DNA from: Vicugna vicugna
Taxonomy: Eukaryota
Reading direction: 5' to 3'
NCBI GenBank assembly: GCA_013265495.1
Contig: MU058636.1
Span: 6,235,741-6,299,740 of the forward strand
DNA length: 64,000 bases
This document shows, one piece after another, positions 49,901 to 62,780 of the stretch. The notes below the pieces were generated by a model. The model was not told where the DNA came from. It was given only the letters and a program-made list of their open reading frames with translations, and did no database searches. A program made the position numbers and the translations under genes. Numbering within the stretch: position 1 is the first letter of the stretch; every line of letters begins with the position of its first letter.

Positions 49901-51576
49901 CTAAGGATGCCCCGTCTTACTACGCCCTATGCCCTTTTCTTACTCAGAACCACATTCCTCGTAAAGTCATCAGATGCTTTGCCTATATGTCTTAAGTGCC
50001 AAAACCTTTGTGCAATGGTATGTGCTATGCTAGGGATGCCATCCTGTGACCCTCAAGTTCACCTTGTGAGTTCACAGTCACAGCTGAGGGGGGAAGAAGT
50101 GGAGTTCTATGTATAAACTCATCCTTCCAGGTCCCAGCTTACCTCTAACCAGATACATGCAAAGTGATATCAGAAATGAAATTTCACTTGGGGACTAGAT
50201 AGCCTATTTCTTTTTCTTCTCTTTCCCCACTAAGATATCTTAATGCTTTTTCCAGAGAAGTCTGTGATGTGTCCTGTAGTGAGGGCTTGCTTATGCCCAG
50301 AGTAGAGATATATCCAATCCTGCTGACACCTTTGGAGTTAGCATCTTTGTAAGAAACTCCACTACTCTTTATTCCTGCTCAATCACGTCTCAAGAGACTG
50401 TAGGTGGAAGAGTTTCTTTCCCACTCACGAGACGGTGACCTCCTCTGAGCTTGCTGCTAGTCCCCTTTAATGGCTTAGAAGAGGAAGAGCAGGCACTGGA
50501 TGCTGCTTTCCCACGTGTACTGAGCCTCTCTGTGGCTGTGGTGGCCACTGGAAGAGCCTCACACACAGGTTTAGTTCTCTTGCAGAGTAGCCAGATCTCT
50601 TGCACAAAGAACCAGAGAAACGATAGCCCTCAATGCACTGCCAAGGGAGGATGCTGCCAAAAAGAGGTCGTTTTCTGACTTAGTTCTGCCAAGTTCTCCA
50701 ATACAGCTCACTTGGCTGGTGGGACAATTAATCTAGGTGCTTCCTCTAAGCACTTAGACAAGTGGTGGGCAGTTGTATGGGGCTTTTAATATTTCTCCTC
50801 TCTGTCCAGATATAAATGTATCAGAAGACCCTTCCTGGACGAAAGGAAGGGGCATTCAGGAGTGTGTGCAGCCCAGATGCTGCTGAGCCAGGAGAAGGAA
50901 AATCAGACTCATCAGAAACAGAAAGCCATTTGCCTACCTTCCATTTGCTTCTTTTTGTTGTGCCAATATGGAAAGTGCCTTTTAAAGCAAAATACTTTAC
51001 AAATGAAGAGCACGACTTCTCCCCAATGTTGGGATCTTTGTGCACCCAATTTATGGGTGGATATCCTATTTGACTTATTGAAAACTCTACTGTCAAATGT
51101 CATAGAACATCAAAAGCAGCTATAAATATCCCATAGGCCTACAACAAAATCACATGAAACTCCAAATCCATTAACCTTTAAAGAGCAACCTCCCCGGCAA
51201 TTCGCTCTGGAAGCCTGACATTAGCGTTCCACCAGTTTAGCCCAAAGACAAAGTTGTGCACTGCCATGTCACGGATATCAAGTTCGAACAAGATGGCCCT
51301 ACAGCATGCGGAGGAAAGACTGTCCAGAATTGTGAGACAGATTGGTGTGCTTAAAGCAATAGGGTAGGAGGCATAAAGGAAGTGAGATTTTAAATCATGG
51401 TCTTGAGTATCTAATTATCAAATTGACTTCCTCATATAGGAATCACCATTGTGCAAGGCATTGTACTAGGAAGACTTCTGAAGGAAAGGAAGGGAATCAA
51501 CTTCTACTGAGCATGAGCCATTTGACAAGGCTTCCATGAGCTTCTTTTTTAATTCCCATGATAATTTTAGGAGGTT

Positions 51577-52295
51577 CATTAGAAACACTCTCAACATGTC
51601 TTCACTTAACAGACGTATGGAAATGACTGATGTTCTTCGTTCTCTCCGTATGCCAACAGATGTCAATAGCCAGCTGGGAGACTGTTCTCCTGTATGTTCC
51701 CTGGCTTCTGCTCTCACCATTTGAGCTGTATGCCTGCCAAACACCAGTTGCATTTGTTCATAAACCAGTTGCAATTATAATTAGGTAACCTAATGAAATG
51801 TATCATAATGTATCAAAGAAATAGAATGAAAAAAAAAGTTGTTGTTTCTATGAATACTAAGTTGAATAATTTCAAAGAATTCATTTTAAAGGCAAGTTAA
51901 CTAATTTTTTTAATGATCCATAATCAAATCTGACACAGGCCAGACAACTAAAAAAAAAAAAAAAGGAGTGGAAATAATGGGAGTGGGAAGGAAGATCTAG
52001 AATGATTATATCTTAACTGAAGCCTACAATTTCAGTCCATGTAAAAACAAAACCAAAAATATGACATCACTTACAATTCATCGTGGCTGGTGCTTTTGCA
52101 GGACAGAGGAAGGACTCCAACCTTATTCAGAAAAGTGCCTTAACGCTGCACAAAGATACTGGGTAACAAATGGACTCTTCTCTGTTCAAAATAATATCCC
52201 TGGTATAATGCATATTACTGCTTAAGGCTCCCCACTTGAATTGATTTTTTAATTAATTGAACTACTGATTACATCAGAACTGAGGACTTCCACTG
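51577..52295 (+). mobile_element. TcMar-Tigger DNA transposon (Tigger13a-like), both ends present
   Basis: Imperfect TIRs cattagaaacactc / gaggacttccactg; internal agttgttgtttctatgaatactaagttgaat and aaggctccccacttgaattgatttttt match recalled Tigger13a. Confidence 0.75.
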
Positions 52296-54593
52296 AATTC
52301 TGACCCCATTTTACAGATGCAGAAACTAAGGATCCAAAAAATTAGTTGATTTCTCAAAAAGCCACAGCTAGTTAGTGGCAGAGATAAGATGACATTTTGC
52401 TATTTCTAAAATGGAGTTATAATTCTGCAGTTATGCTTTTTAAATCCCTTATATTATTTCCTTATCATCTCACCCTAGGTTTCAGTCTTTCTCTGAACTG
52501 GCTCAGAGCCTGGCAGGTTTCTTCTAGCCTGTAGGGTGAGGTCAGAGGGAATCCAGTGAAGTACCTGAGGAAGCATCAGCACAGAGGGACTCACCTGAGG
52601 CTCCTCCCCTGCGTTCTGCCTGAGCCATCGGTCCTGGCATCTGCCCTTCTGCCTGGTCTATTCAGGCTGGTGTCTTTGGACCGGCTTACTTAGCTCTTAT
52701 TGGACTTCTGTAGCCTCATGCTCTATAACTGGTAGACTAATGCTGCCTCCCCTTCAAATCTGACCTGGCATTCTGGAACCCCTGCCTGGATCTGGTGCCT
52801 CAAAGCCCTGAGTGTCCTGGAGGGCAGTTTACGCACCCATCATTTTATCTCCTCCAGGTGGTTCCTTGTGATTACTTGCTTGTATTTCACAGAGGTCACG
52901 TTTTCCTATACCTTGATGGAAAACCAAAGTAGGTATTTTCTGATTGTCTTTTAATTTCAAAGCTTTGCTTGTATTCCAAGCCTTTAGGATATTGGTTCCA
53001 TCTCTAAATATGTCCGTAGCCTCCATATTAATTTTGTGTATTACTGTGCCCTTGGGAGAGTGTTTCATACCCTGAGAATAGGCAAAGGGATCAGCCACTA
53101 ACCCCTCTCTTTATTCTCTTCTTGGCTCCCTGTTCTCACTGCCCCTGGAATCAGGGCAACCTCAGTCGGAACCTAAAATAAGGCCTTAGAGAGCCTACTA
53201 AGTGACCCGGGCTTCAGGCTATTTGATGAATCCTAATCCACAGCTGAGACGATTCTTCCCTAGGACGCTACGTCTACCACACTGAACACTTTCCCACCAA
53301 TTCACCACTCTGAGGGGGAAAAATAATAGTGACTGAGTGACACTGAGCAACGTCTTTAGTTTCTCTGAAGAACAACCCTGAGTATGATATCAAACAATGG
53401 GATGTCAGGGGTTTATTCATGTACTGCAGCGGGGGGGAGGGCGTTAATAAGCAGCTAAAACAGGAATTCATAATGGATGGCCCAGCTTAACCCTAATATT
53501 TCACTGCCCCACATTGTCATGACACAGCTGTACCCAGAAGTGTGAAACCATCCGAAATAATGAGTTGTCTGTGAAAGCACTGCAGGCTGAGATCCTCGTG
53601 AGCCACTTCATCTGAAAACCTTAAGTATTTCCATTCCTTTAGTGGGAGCTTATACAAATGAATTTATGGACATAAATATAATAAAAAACTGGAAAATGGT
53701 TAAAGGAATGTTAAGTGAAACTTCCTCCTCCATGCATAGCCCTGGCTTGTCATAACTAGGCCCAAATCCTTGCCCCATATCCCATAACAAAGAAACAACT
53801 TCAGTCCATTGCAGAGAGCATTGGCTTTTATCAATTCCATGTCAATACTAATTTCTCATTAAGATATTCTGGAAGATAAGATCTGTTTTCATTTGGAAAT
53901 GAATCTGAGTTTGTCAGAGGGGGAAAAAAACAAAAAAACTTCTCTTTTGTTGAGCTATTATTCTTTGAGTCCACCTGTCAGCACTTTGGCCTAACCTACC
54001 GAGCGTGCACAATGACGGCATGGTCTGGGGTGGGAGGGTGTGGGGTGGCGAGCTGGATGAGTTGTAACGGCCTAGCCAGCCCTTCCACTGCTGGACACTG
54101 TCACATACAAAGACACTGCTCCTCTACAGAGTTTCATACTTTGTTCCCTCCCAGGCCCAGCCAAGCTCAGAGAATCGGTGTACAGAGGCCAAAGAAGCTA
54201 CAACTTTCCCTAGCCCAGGGTGAACTGGAGAAGGCTAGACTCCTAGCCATGAAGTGATCAATTTTGTGTTATATATTTTTTACCATAGTTAAAATATAGA
54301 AAACAAATTTAAAAAAGAATAATGGCACATACTATAAATTCTTAACATACTTTCACTTAGTTACATATATACTTTAGGATTAAAGACTTCAAGCATCTGA
54401 ATTATTCAGAAAATCTGCCCACACAGATCCAGTCTGCTGGAGAGGTGCATAATCTGCTTGGAAATTTTATTCCATTAAGAAAGAGCAATTGAGTAGATCT
54501 GTTATGGTCACATTTTGGAAAGTTTTATTCAGGTTCATACTCCTTAACTTCCTTCTTCATCCACATCCAGACAAGTTCCCTCTGTCTTGTCCT

Positions 54594-54617
54594 CCACCAC
54601 CACCACCACCACCACCA
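54594..54617. repeat. (CCA)8 trinucleotide repeat
   Basis: ccaccaccaccaccaccaccacca read directly. Confidence 0.95.
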
Positions 54618-54639
54618 GGCATAACACGTGCACCGTGAG

Positions 54640-55620
54640 TCTACACTCCCTCTACAGCTAATTGGAACGACAGACACTTGACCCAAGTTGGGTCAGTGAG
54701 AGGCCTTTGCCAATGACTTTGGAATTAGGAGAAAGACAAAGACAGAGAGGATGTGACAGGCAGTCTCTTAAAAGGTTCCTGGCGCTCTCTACACCCTGGA
54801 ATTTCTGCCCTCTCCCCTTGAGTGTGGACTGAAACATAGTGTCTCACTTGTCACAAATAGCGTAGGCAAAATCATGGTATGTCACTTCTGAGATTAGGTT
54901 TAAAAAAGACAGCAACCTCTTGCTCTCCCTCTCTTGCAACTTTCCTCTGATGGAAACCAGCTGCCGTCTTGTGAGCTGCCCTACAGAGAGGCCCATGTTG
55001 CAGGGAACTGTGGGAAGTCAACAGCCAGCGTGCCCAACCACCTGCAAGGGACGGGATCCAACAGCCATGTGAGTGAATTGAGGAGCCGATCCTCCCTCAG
55101 AAGAACCTAGTTGACACCTTGACTGCCGCCTTGTGTGAGCTGTTGAGGAAGAGGCGCTCAGCTAAGCCACACTGGATTCCTATTCTCACAAAGACAGTAA
55201 GGTAATAAATGTTTGTTGCTTTAAGTGGCTAAGTTTTGGAGTGATTTTTAATACAGCAATAGATAAACTAATACAGAGGAACAGAGCTGATGTCCTTTGG
55301 GGAAGCAAAAGTAAGAACATATAAACAGGCCAGTTGGGGATGGCCACATTATGCCATGTAAATTAAGGAGCAGAGAAACATGTCTTAAGAGGAAAAAAAA
55401 AAAAAGAATTAGGGACAAGACGCATGGAGAGGAGGAGGGACAAGAATCTGCGTGAGAATATGTGTAGGTTCCCCGCGCTTGCCAGGTCCCCATGCCTTCC
55501 TGCGGTTTGGCTGCATTCCTGTGTTTGTGTTCTGTGAGATCCCTGTACTGTGTGATAAATTGCTTTTGTTTACTTTATTTATCTCGGTTGATTTTTATAA
55601 CTTGCAATCAGAATCCTAAA
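54640..55620 (+). mobile_element. Old MaLR LTR (MLT1K/L/N-like), split by the MLT1F-like LTR
   Basis: gctaattgg...cacttgacccaagttgggtcagtgaga on the left; gtgataaattgcttttgttt...acttgcaatcagaatcctaa on the right. Confidence 0.55.
54752..55275 (+). mobile_element. MaLR solo LTR (MLT1F/E-like) with perfect 5-bp TSD
   Basis: tgtgacaggcag...tgtcacttctgagattaggtt...aataaatgtttgttgctttaag...cagcaatagataaactaataca; flanks gagga (54747-54751 and 55276-55280). Confidence 0.92.
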
Positions 55621-57399
55621 ATCCTAGGGTGTATCAAGTTGTACAGCTCTGATTTTTGAAGGCAGTCAGATACTTGACAAGGAGTTTGGCAGTTTAAAGA
55701 GGCTGTTGGCCTGAGCAGCACACAGATGTTCTGAGCCATTTGACTTTGGGTCAGAAGAAGTCGAGCCAGCTTTGAGAGCATGCAGCTCTCCACCGACCAC
55801 TCCAATCAATGATCAACCATGGCAACATCTATTCTGCATTTGGTGGTTTGGATAATATTTGTACAGAACTTTGAGATCCCAGCTGAAAGCTGTTTGAAAT
55901 ACACAACACTGCTGTTGATACAGAACAAACTGTTACCCTTTCTTCAAAGAACACAGTGGTATTTTTGGAGCTCTCTTATTATGTTACACGATGGAAACAC
56001 ATACCCAGAGGAGGCATATTTTAATTCTTAGAAACAGCCTAACTACAGAAAATGTACTATTCTTCTCTCTTAATCCAGTTAAATCTCTTTGCTGTTTCCT
56101 GTTTTCAAGTCATGTCACTGCTTAATCACTCACCATCTTAGCAAAATTCAAAGTAGTTTACGTATTACAAGCTTTGCCATAAACCACAGACTTTAAAGCA
56201 ATAAACATCTTTGAAACAATTCACCGAGCCCTAGAAAGGTGCCAGAATGAGTTTTGGAATGGTAAGTTTGAATCTAAAAGTCAAAATTTGCTCTCAGGCT
56301 GAGACTTCAAATGTCACAAATACATTTTTATAGCCAATTTATAAACCTTGAAAAATAGCCTCGATAGACCTCCAGGTAAACACAGATGCACTGCAGTGGC
56401 TCTTCCGTAGTCAGAACACCCCTTTTGGTTCCATCCAAGTGTGTATCCCCACCTGTGTACGACATCTGGATTTTTGCCTTATTACTTCTTTCCACATATT
56501 TAACATTCACTCTTATGTTGAGAGATGCAGCTTTCACGTGACACAAAAGTACTCGTTTATCATTAGCGCTCCCTGACTTCCACTGGTCCCCGGGGTCCTC
56601 AACCGCAGGGCGAGGCCATGCCCTCTTCACCTTCCTGTGGACCACGTCTCACAAGCGTCCAAGTCCCAGGCACTAGAAATGACTGAAGCAGTCATGTGTT
56701 AGGGCCAGAGGATACATCCAGAGAGCCAAGTAAGCTCGTTGTGGTCACATTCTGGAGTGTATTACTCAGGTCCACGGGAGACTTTAAGTGCCTTTTTCAC
56801 CCGTGATGATGCCACTTGTCTTGCCTTACTACTGCCCCCACGGTGCTGGGTACCGGGAGTCTGCAGCCCCACTACAGCTGATTGCAATGGTATGTACATG
56901 ACCAAAGGCACTCTAATGCAAAGCAAATTTTAAACATTCAACAGTTCATAAACTTGTATATTCCTTAGGCCAAACAAACAACCTCAGAACATGTCCTCAG
57001 GCCTAGAGCTATACAGCTAACAACCACAGGCGGGACTTTCTTCCCAACTCAAACTTACACCACACCTGCCTGGTGTCCTGTCCCTCCAGAACCCATCTGC
57101 CACCTGTACTTTGCTGTGTGTCACACACGTCCGTGGGCAAGTCCTTCCTCCCTGTCCAGATGATCATATTTGCATAGTTACTATTAATGGCTCATGGAAT
57201 CCAGGACCTTGACAGCAACTGCTAACGGGTTCTATTGTTTTCAGGTATCTCTTTTGGATAATAGCACAAAGAGTGTCTTCTGTTCCGACATTTATGATGA
57301 CAGTAAAACTGAGGCTATCTGGACGAGAATATTGAATAAACTATATGTAGCTGACTGTGTTTTTTCACTTGGGAAAAATGTGTTCCTGTGCACGTACTC

Positions 57400-57782
57400 A
57401 TCACATGAAGGTCTGTCTGCCCAACAAGAGCTCCCGGCCCTTCCCCGGGCTTTGTCTTCCCTGTTCTCTCTGCTGGGGCTGCTCTTCCTCCAGACACCCA
57501 GCTCATTCCTTCCTCTTCTTCCAGTCTCTGCTCAGATGTTGCCTTACTGCGAGGCTTCCTTCGCCTGTCCTGTGTCAACAGCAACTCCTGCCCCTTCACC
57601 ATGCGTACTCCTGTCCTGCTTTATTTTTCTTCACAACACTTGACCACCTTCTGACATGCTATGGTCTGTCTTCCTCCACTGGAAGCTAAGGCCAAGAAGG
57701 AAGAAACTGCTAAGTGCGCAGCACCTAGGACGGACCTCAGCTTCCAGTAGGCTCTCAATAAATACCTATTGCATGAATAAAT
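57400..57782 (+). mobile_element. L2a 3' end
   Basis: cagtctctgctcagatgtt...ctgctttatttttcttcacaacactt...gtctgtcttcctccactggaa...gtaggctctcaataaatacctattgcatgaataaat. Confidence 0.8.
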
Positions 57783-58249
57783 ATGCACGTTCCACAAAGA
57801 TACCAAAAAATCAATCACACATTTCAGGAAAAGTATGCTACTAAGGCTGGATGAAGCTTAACCAGCACTAGAACCATCCTGTCTTGCTCTTCGGGATCTT
57901 TTTCTGAATCAACGGCTCATCTTGTTTCCTGCATCTTGTCCCTGTCATGCTGACCTATAGAAGGTTGCTCCCTTGCATCGTATCTGAGTTAATGGTTTGT
58001 GGAAAGATCTCTCTGTTGCAACTACTCAAAGTGCTCATTATTGGTCAAGCTGTGATCTACCCCACACCTCTAATTATCTCCAATACTGTTGGCTTCTACA
58101 CAGCCCTGCAATGCAAGAACCAAAAATGTCCTCCCTTCTTAAAAGTGCATTCAGTGAAAGTGGCAGCAGAAATGATCTAAAGTAGTTTTCCCCGATGCTG
58201 TGTTTTATAGTATAAAGTTTATGCATCACCCCACAAGCATGCCTTGGAG

Positions 58250-58748
58250 CTGCTTAGAGTCATGGAGCCTGGTTGCTGCTGCTACTTCTACAGACCCAGG
58301 GCCCTGGGCTGCAGCCCTCTTGTTGTGTGGGTGCCTCCCCTTACGCCCAGACCTTGCAAGTACCCTCACACTTCCCTGCTGCTGCTCAGTGTGTACGGTT
58401 GTGTGACTGAGAAGGGAAGGGCGTTAATGTACTACAGAGGCAAGTTTCAATCAATAGCAGATGGAAGCCAGTAAAATCATTCTTGTCCCTTCCTCCCTCT
58501 GGAGAGGTTGTTGGGAGATGCGGTAGCATCCTCCCCAGAGCTGCCTGCAGCACCAGGCAGTCAGTTCATCACGAAGTTCGGGCACCTCAGGAACATACTC
58601 CCCTCTGTGTGCTCACTCTCCGTCCTTGCCTCACTCCACTTCTTTCTCACTCCTGCTTTCCTAGGATTCAGTCTTCAATAAAGTGTTGGCACATAAGCCA
58701 ACATACATATAAACCTACTTTTTAGAGGACAGAAAATAACTTTAAGAC
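58250..58748 (+). mobile_element. ERVL LTR (LTR33/LTR16-like)
   Basis: ggcaagtttcaatcaatagcagatggaagccagt...ctcactcctgctttcctaggatt...caataaagtgttggcacataagcc...taagac. Confidence 0.65.
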
Positions 58749-61700
58749 TGAGAGCTACCAAAAAAACAAAAAGGTAAACAAAATAAAAGCAAAGACAAAA
58801 CAGAATAAAACAAAACAATAACAAAACTCATTCTATTGCCTGGAAGTCATTACCTCTGTTACTTCCCTCATGTCACACTACAAGAAACTTCCCCTACATA
58901 AAGTGGCTTGGCTTTGCTGTTTAATTATTTGCTCCCTTTGAAGGTGTGGGCTTTAAAAATACTTTGTAACACACAACGTGTGCTCACAGACATCATCTCA
59001 TTTCATCCTGACTTAGGTACTTCTGGCCACGTTCTATTAAAGAGTAAACTCAGTTCTTCCTCTCTTACCACCTAAGAATTCTTTGGCAATAAAACACCCC
59101 GAACCTAAGAATGAAAGAATGACGATGATAATTTCTGCAGTGGGCTCACAGAAGGAGGAGAGATCTGAGGCCCACTGAAGTTTTGTGGGCTCGTCAAACC
59201 AGACCACACTGACAATTAATATTTACGCTCTAATGAAAAGTTAATCCACATTGTTTGTTGGTTCTCTATAACCATATACGACCACATATAACCATACAAC
59301 CATATTATCTCTATACTATGTAATTCAGATTTTTTCCAAAGTACAGATGCTTCACGATTTTGATAAAATATAGAGCTTTTCTTAAAAGTCAGCTTAGAAA
59401 TGTCAGGATAAACAGTATTTTCAGAGCTTGGCACCACAAAAAGAAAAAGAGTCAAAAATTTACTTAATGAAGTCAAGAGTCTAGAAATGGCCAAAATTAC
59501 AACTCTCACAAGTTGAATGCTTACTGTTCAGTTACGAGTCCCTTTAAAAGCCAGTCATGGGGAAGCAGCCTGCTACTTTGAAGAGCGGCCTCTTGAAGTC
59601 AGTTGTTTGGAAGTTGGAACTTATTTCCCATGGGAACAAAGTCCCACATAGTAATCAAGCCCCCAAGCCAAGCACAGGCCTGTTTAACCCGTAAGGTAGT
59701 TGCATCCTGTTTCTGGGGCTTATGTGGGTGAAAGGGAGACAAATAAAAGAAGAAAATCAACTTCCTCTGGTTTTCCTGTCTCCGAGTCATCTCCTGACAA
59801 CTTTTGAAAAAGGACAAATTTGGCTTTAGCCTCCTTTCATCTTCCTTCCTTCAGCCCTGTCCTACCTCTCTGTATTCCTCCTAAAAGACTTCATCAGCCG
59901 GAAGCCCACATGCCACCCCCCTGCTCTGTCAGGACCTGCTCTCCCCCAGGTCCCTCTGGGATCCACCAGACCTGCCCCTGCTCAGAGCTGCTCTTCTCAG
60001 ACGCTTGGATTGAACAGGATCTGCCCAGATGATTAAGCTGTGACGCACAGCCTCATCCTGGGACAGCAGGCAAGGCCCTGAAGAGGAAGGCATCAAGTAC
60101 CAGGAGCCCCGGATTTGACTCAGCAACTAGAAAGTTCCAGAAACTGCCCTCTCTCTAGAATGGACTGCGCCTCCTACCCACAGCAACACGCTCCCCAAAC
60201 TTCCAGGCTCTCACTCCTGTTGTGTGGATGATGTATTTAGTATAAAATAAAGCACCACGATTCACCATGTCCTGAGCACAAGCGTCTCTTGTTTCTCCCT
60301 TGTTCTCCTTTCCGTGTCCATTAGAGCGTCGGGGAAACGTCTAGCCACCTCACTGAGAGAATCCGGGTGAGGTAAGAGGTGGGGGACCTCAACAGGAGCC
60401 TGGTCAGCAACAGCCAGAGCAGCAGTGAGACGCTTCAGAGCAAGCAAGACTCAGGGCTGCAGCCTAGATCAGCAGCGCCCTCCCCACTGCAGGTTCTCCT
60501 CCCGGCCCCCGCCTTAGAGCCACTGGGAGGCACCTAACTGTTCAGTCCCCTGCCTGGCTTATTGGTCAGCTGAGGATTTTTGCTTTCTTATGTCTCTGAT
60601 ACGCAATCAAAAGATTGGCAGGAGTAGTGTTTATATCTCCATTTCACTGATGAGGAGACTCACGCGGAAAGGAAATAAACCTTATAGTCAAGCCAGAACA
60701 AGCACTGCCTTTGGCATCTGCTTTTAAATGTGGCCGAACAAAGCAGCCTTACCTGAGATGCAGCTTCCCTTCAGAAATCACCTTCTCTAAACCATGTCTG
60801 TTGAATAGACTAGATATTACTCATCCCAAGAATTTCAACAAGATGAAGCCACAAGAACAACCCTGTTAACCACAGGGGACTAGCGAGCAAAACCAGACTG
60901 CGCCTTTGCCTCCTGGTTCTAAGGAAGATGCCTCCTAATTGCTAGGAACTTGGAGACAACCGCATTTCTCTCAGCCTCTGTGAGGGGGTTATATTCCCAA
61001 GTCAAAACTCCGTCTTTCCTTTGAGATGCAGCATGACCTGCACAAGAGAGGAGCTCTTTTACACAAGAAGAGACACTGTGGGTCCCCGTGAGCTTGTGGT
61101 GACTGTGAAATGCATAAATACCGTTTGACCTGTGAACAGATCAACTCTTATTAAAAAGTCACCAAATTCTAGCGCTGACATCTGTCCCTCAGTCCTGTCC
61201 CCTGTAGCATCACCATTAAAGGTGTTGTTAAGCCAAAATGCTGTTATGCTGTTTATGCTTCATTTCTTCCTCTAGTGGCTTCATTTCAGATGCATGAAAC
61301 AGAGGTCCTACCTGGAGAAACAGGAGAACTACCCATCTGAGCCAGTCACACTGGTGGCCTCGCTCAGCAATGCAGATCAATGTGGGCGAAGCTGTCGGGA
61401 TCCATTGCGATGACTGGCCCTTCTGTTGCCTGGTTTATTCACTCATGCTGTCTAGACTCCAATTTCTGGAGCCTTTAGTGACTCATTTTTCAACAAAATG
61501 CAAGTAATTTCACTTTGCTTTGCCTTAAGCTCTATATGACCTAATACTGAATGTGCACTGAGTAATCCTATGTGCAGCCATCAGAAAGCCATCTGCAGAT
61601 ATCCCAGAATATCATGTCACTTTTACTTTGATCATAATAATATATTAACCCTCTAATTGAAAACTTGGTTTTGTGGAAACGCAAATCCTAGAACCCTATT

Positions 61701-62464
61701 CAAAGCTACAGTGTTGACCTGAATATTGTAACAATGTTTTTACATCTCATATCTAGTTTGCAATAGCTTAAAATCCCATAACTTCTCTTTAGGTTGGTTT
61801 AGAGTTAACTCCCGCCCATTCTTCTAAAATTTTAACGTATTTTCTTATAAGACTAGAACAGTCAAGAATAAAGGATGATTGTTCAGGGCACTTCAATGGT
61901 CTGACTGCAGAGCCAGCAGCAAAATCTGGGGGATTTTTCCAAAAGCAGCCAACTATAACCGTGCAAACGCATCACCATGAGATTGGGCTGTGTCAGGCTT
62001 TCAAACGAGCACATAGGTATAGGGCTGACAACTTGGTCAGAGTCTGCATTTCTGGGGCTCTTGGGAAGACAGTCTACCCTTTCAGAGCGCTGGAATCAGA
62101 AGCAGAAATCAATCATCCAGCCCAGCGCGGCGCTGCCTTGTTATATGTGCCTACAGCTTTACCTGTACCCCCAGCAGAACGGCCTTTACCTTCACTGTGG
62201 AGCATCACTCAGTAGACTCATAAAGTTAACCCTGAAACCGCCTCCTGAGATAATACAGAAATTTTACTTTCCCTCAAGACCCTTATTTCTGCTAATTCTA
62301 TGAGGTCATTTAAAACACGTCTGCCCTGTCCTGGAATTATCTTTTCACATGCGTGTTTCCTGTGACCTAACCAGAATTCTCTCAATTTTCTCATAAACCA
62401 ATTTCTTTGATACACTGTTTTCTTCCAAGTTTCTTTTTTCTATTCATTTTTTACTTTCTTCTTT

Positions 62465-62590
62465 TATTCATTATTTCAATAACTGTTTGTTGAGGGCCCA
62501 TTGTAAGCCAGAAACCATTTTGGGGCCACAAATGTGGCAGCGAGGAAGTCAGACAAGATCCCTGTTCGCGTGGAGTTCATAGACTCGGGG
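62465..62590 (-). mobile_element. L2 3' end fragment
   Basis: ttcattatttcaataactgtttgttgagggcccattgtaagccag...cagacaagatccctgttcgcgtggagttcatagact. Confidence 0.7.
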
Positions 62591-62599
62591 ATGATGACA

Positions 62600-62780
62600 G
62601 CTACAGTTCTCAAACGCTGAACACTTTACACCCATTACCTCCTTTAATTCTCAAATCAGTCTAAGGCAGACATTATTATCCTTATTTTGCAGGTGAGAAG
62701 AGTGAAGCCCTGAGCAGTGTGCCCCAGGCCCCCAGCAGTAAGGACTGACTCCCGGGCAGATTCCGCTCTCCATCAGCCTT
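62600..62780 (-). mobile_element. MIR SINE
   Basis: cactttacacccattacctcctttaattctcaaatcagtctaaggcagacattattatccttattttgcaggtgagaagagtgaag. Confidence 0.75.

Noticed and set aside
60646..60680. Second CTGATGA...GAAA motif
   Set aside because: No closing stem II pair; it sits in a MIR-like ccatttcactgatgaggagact core
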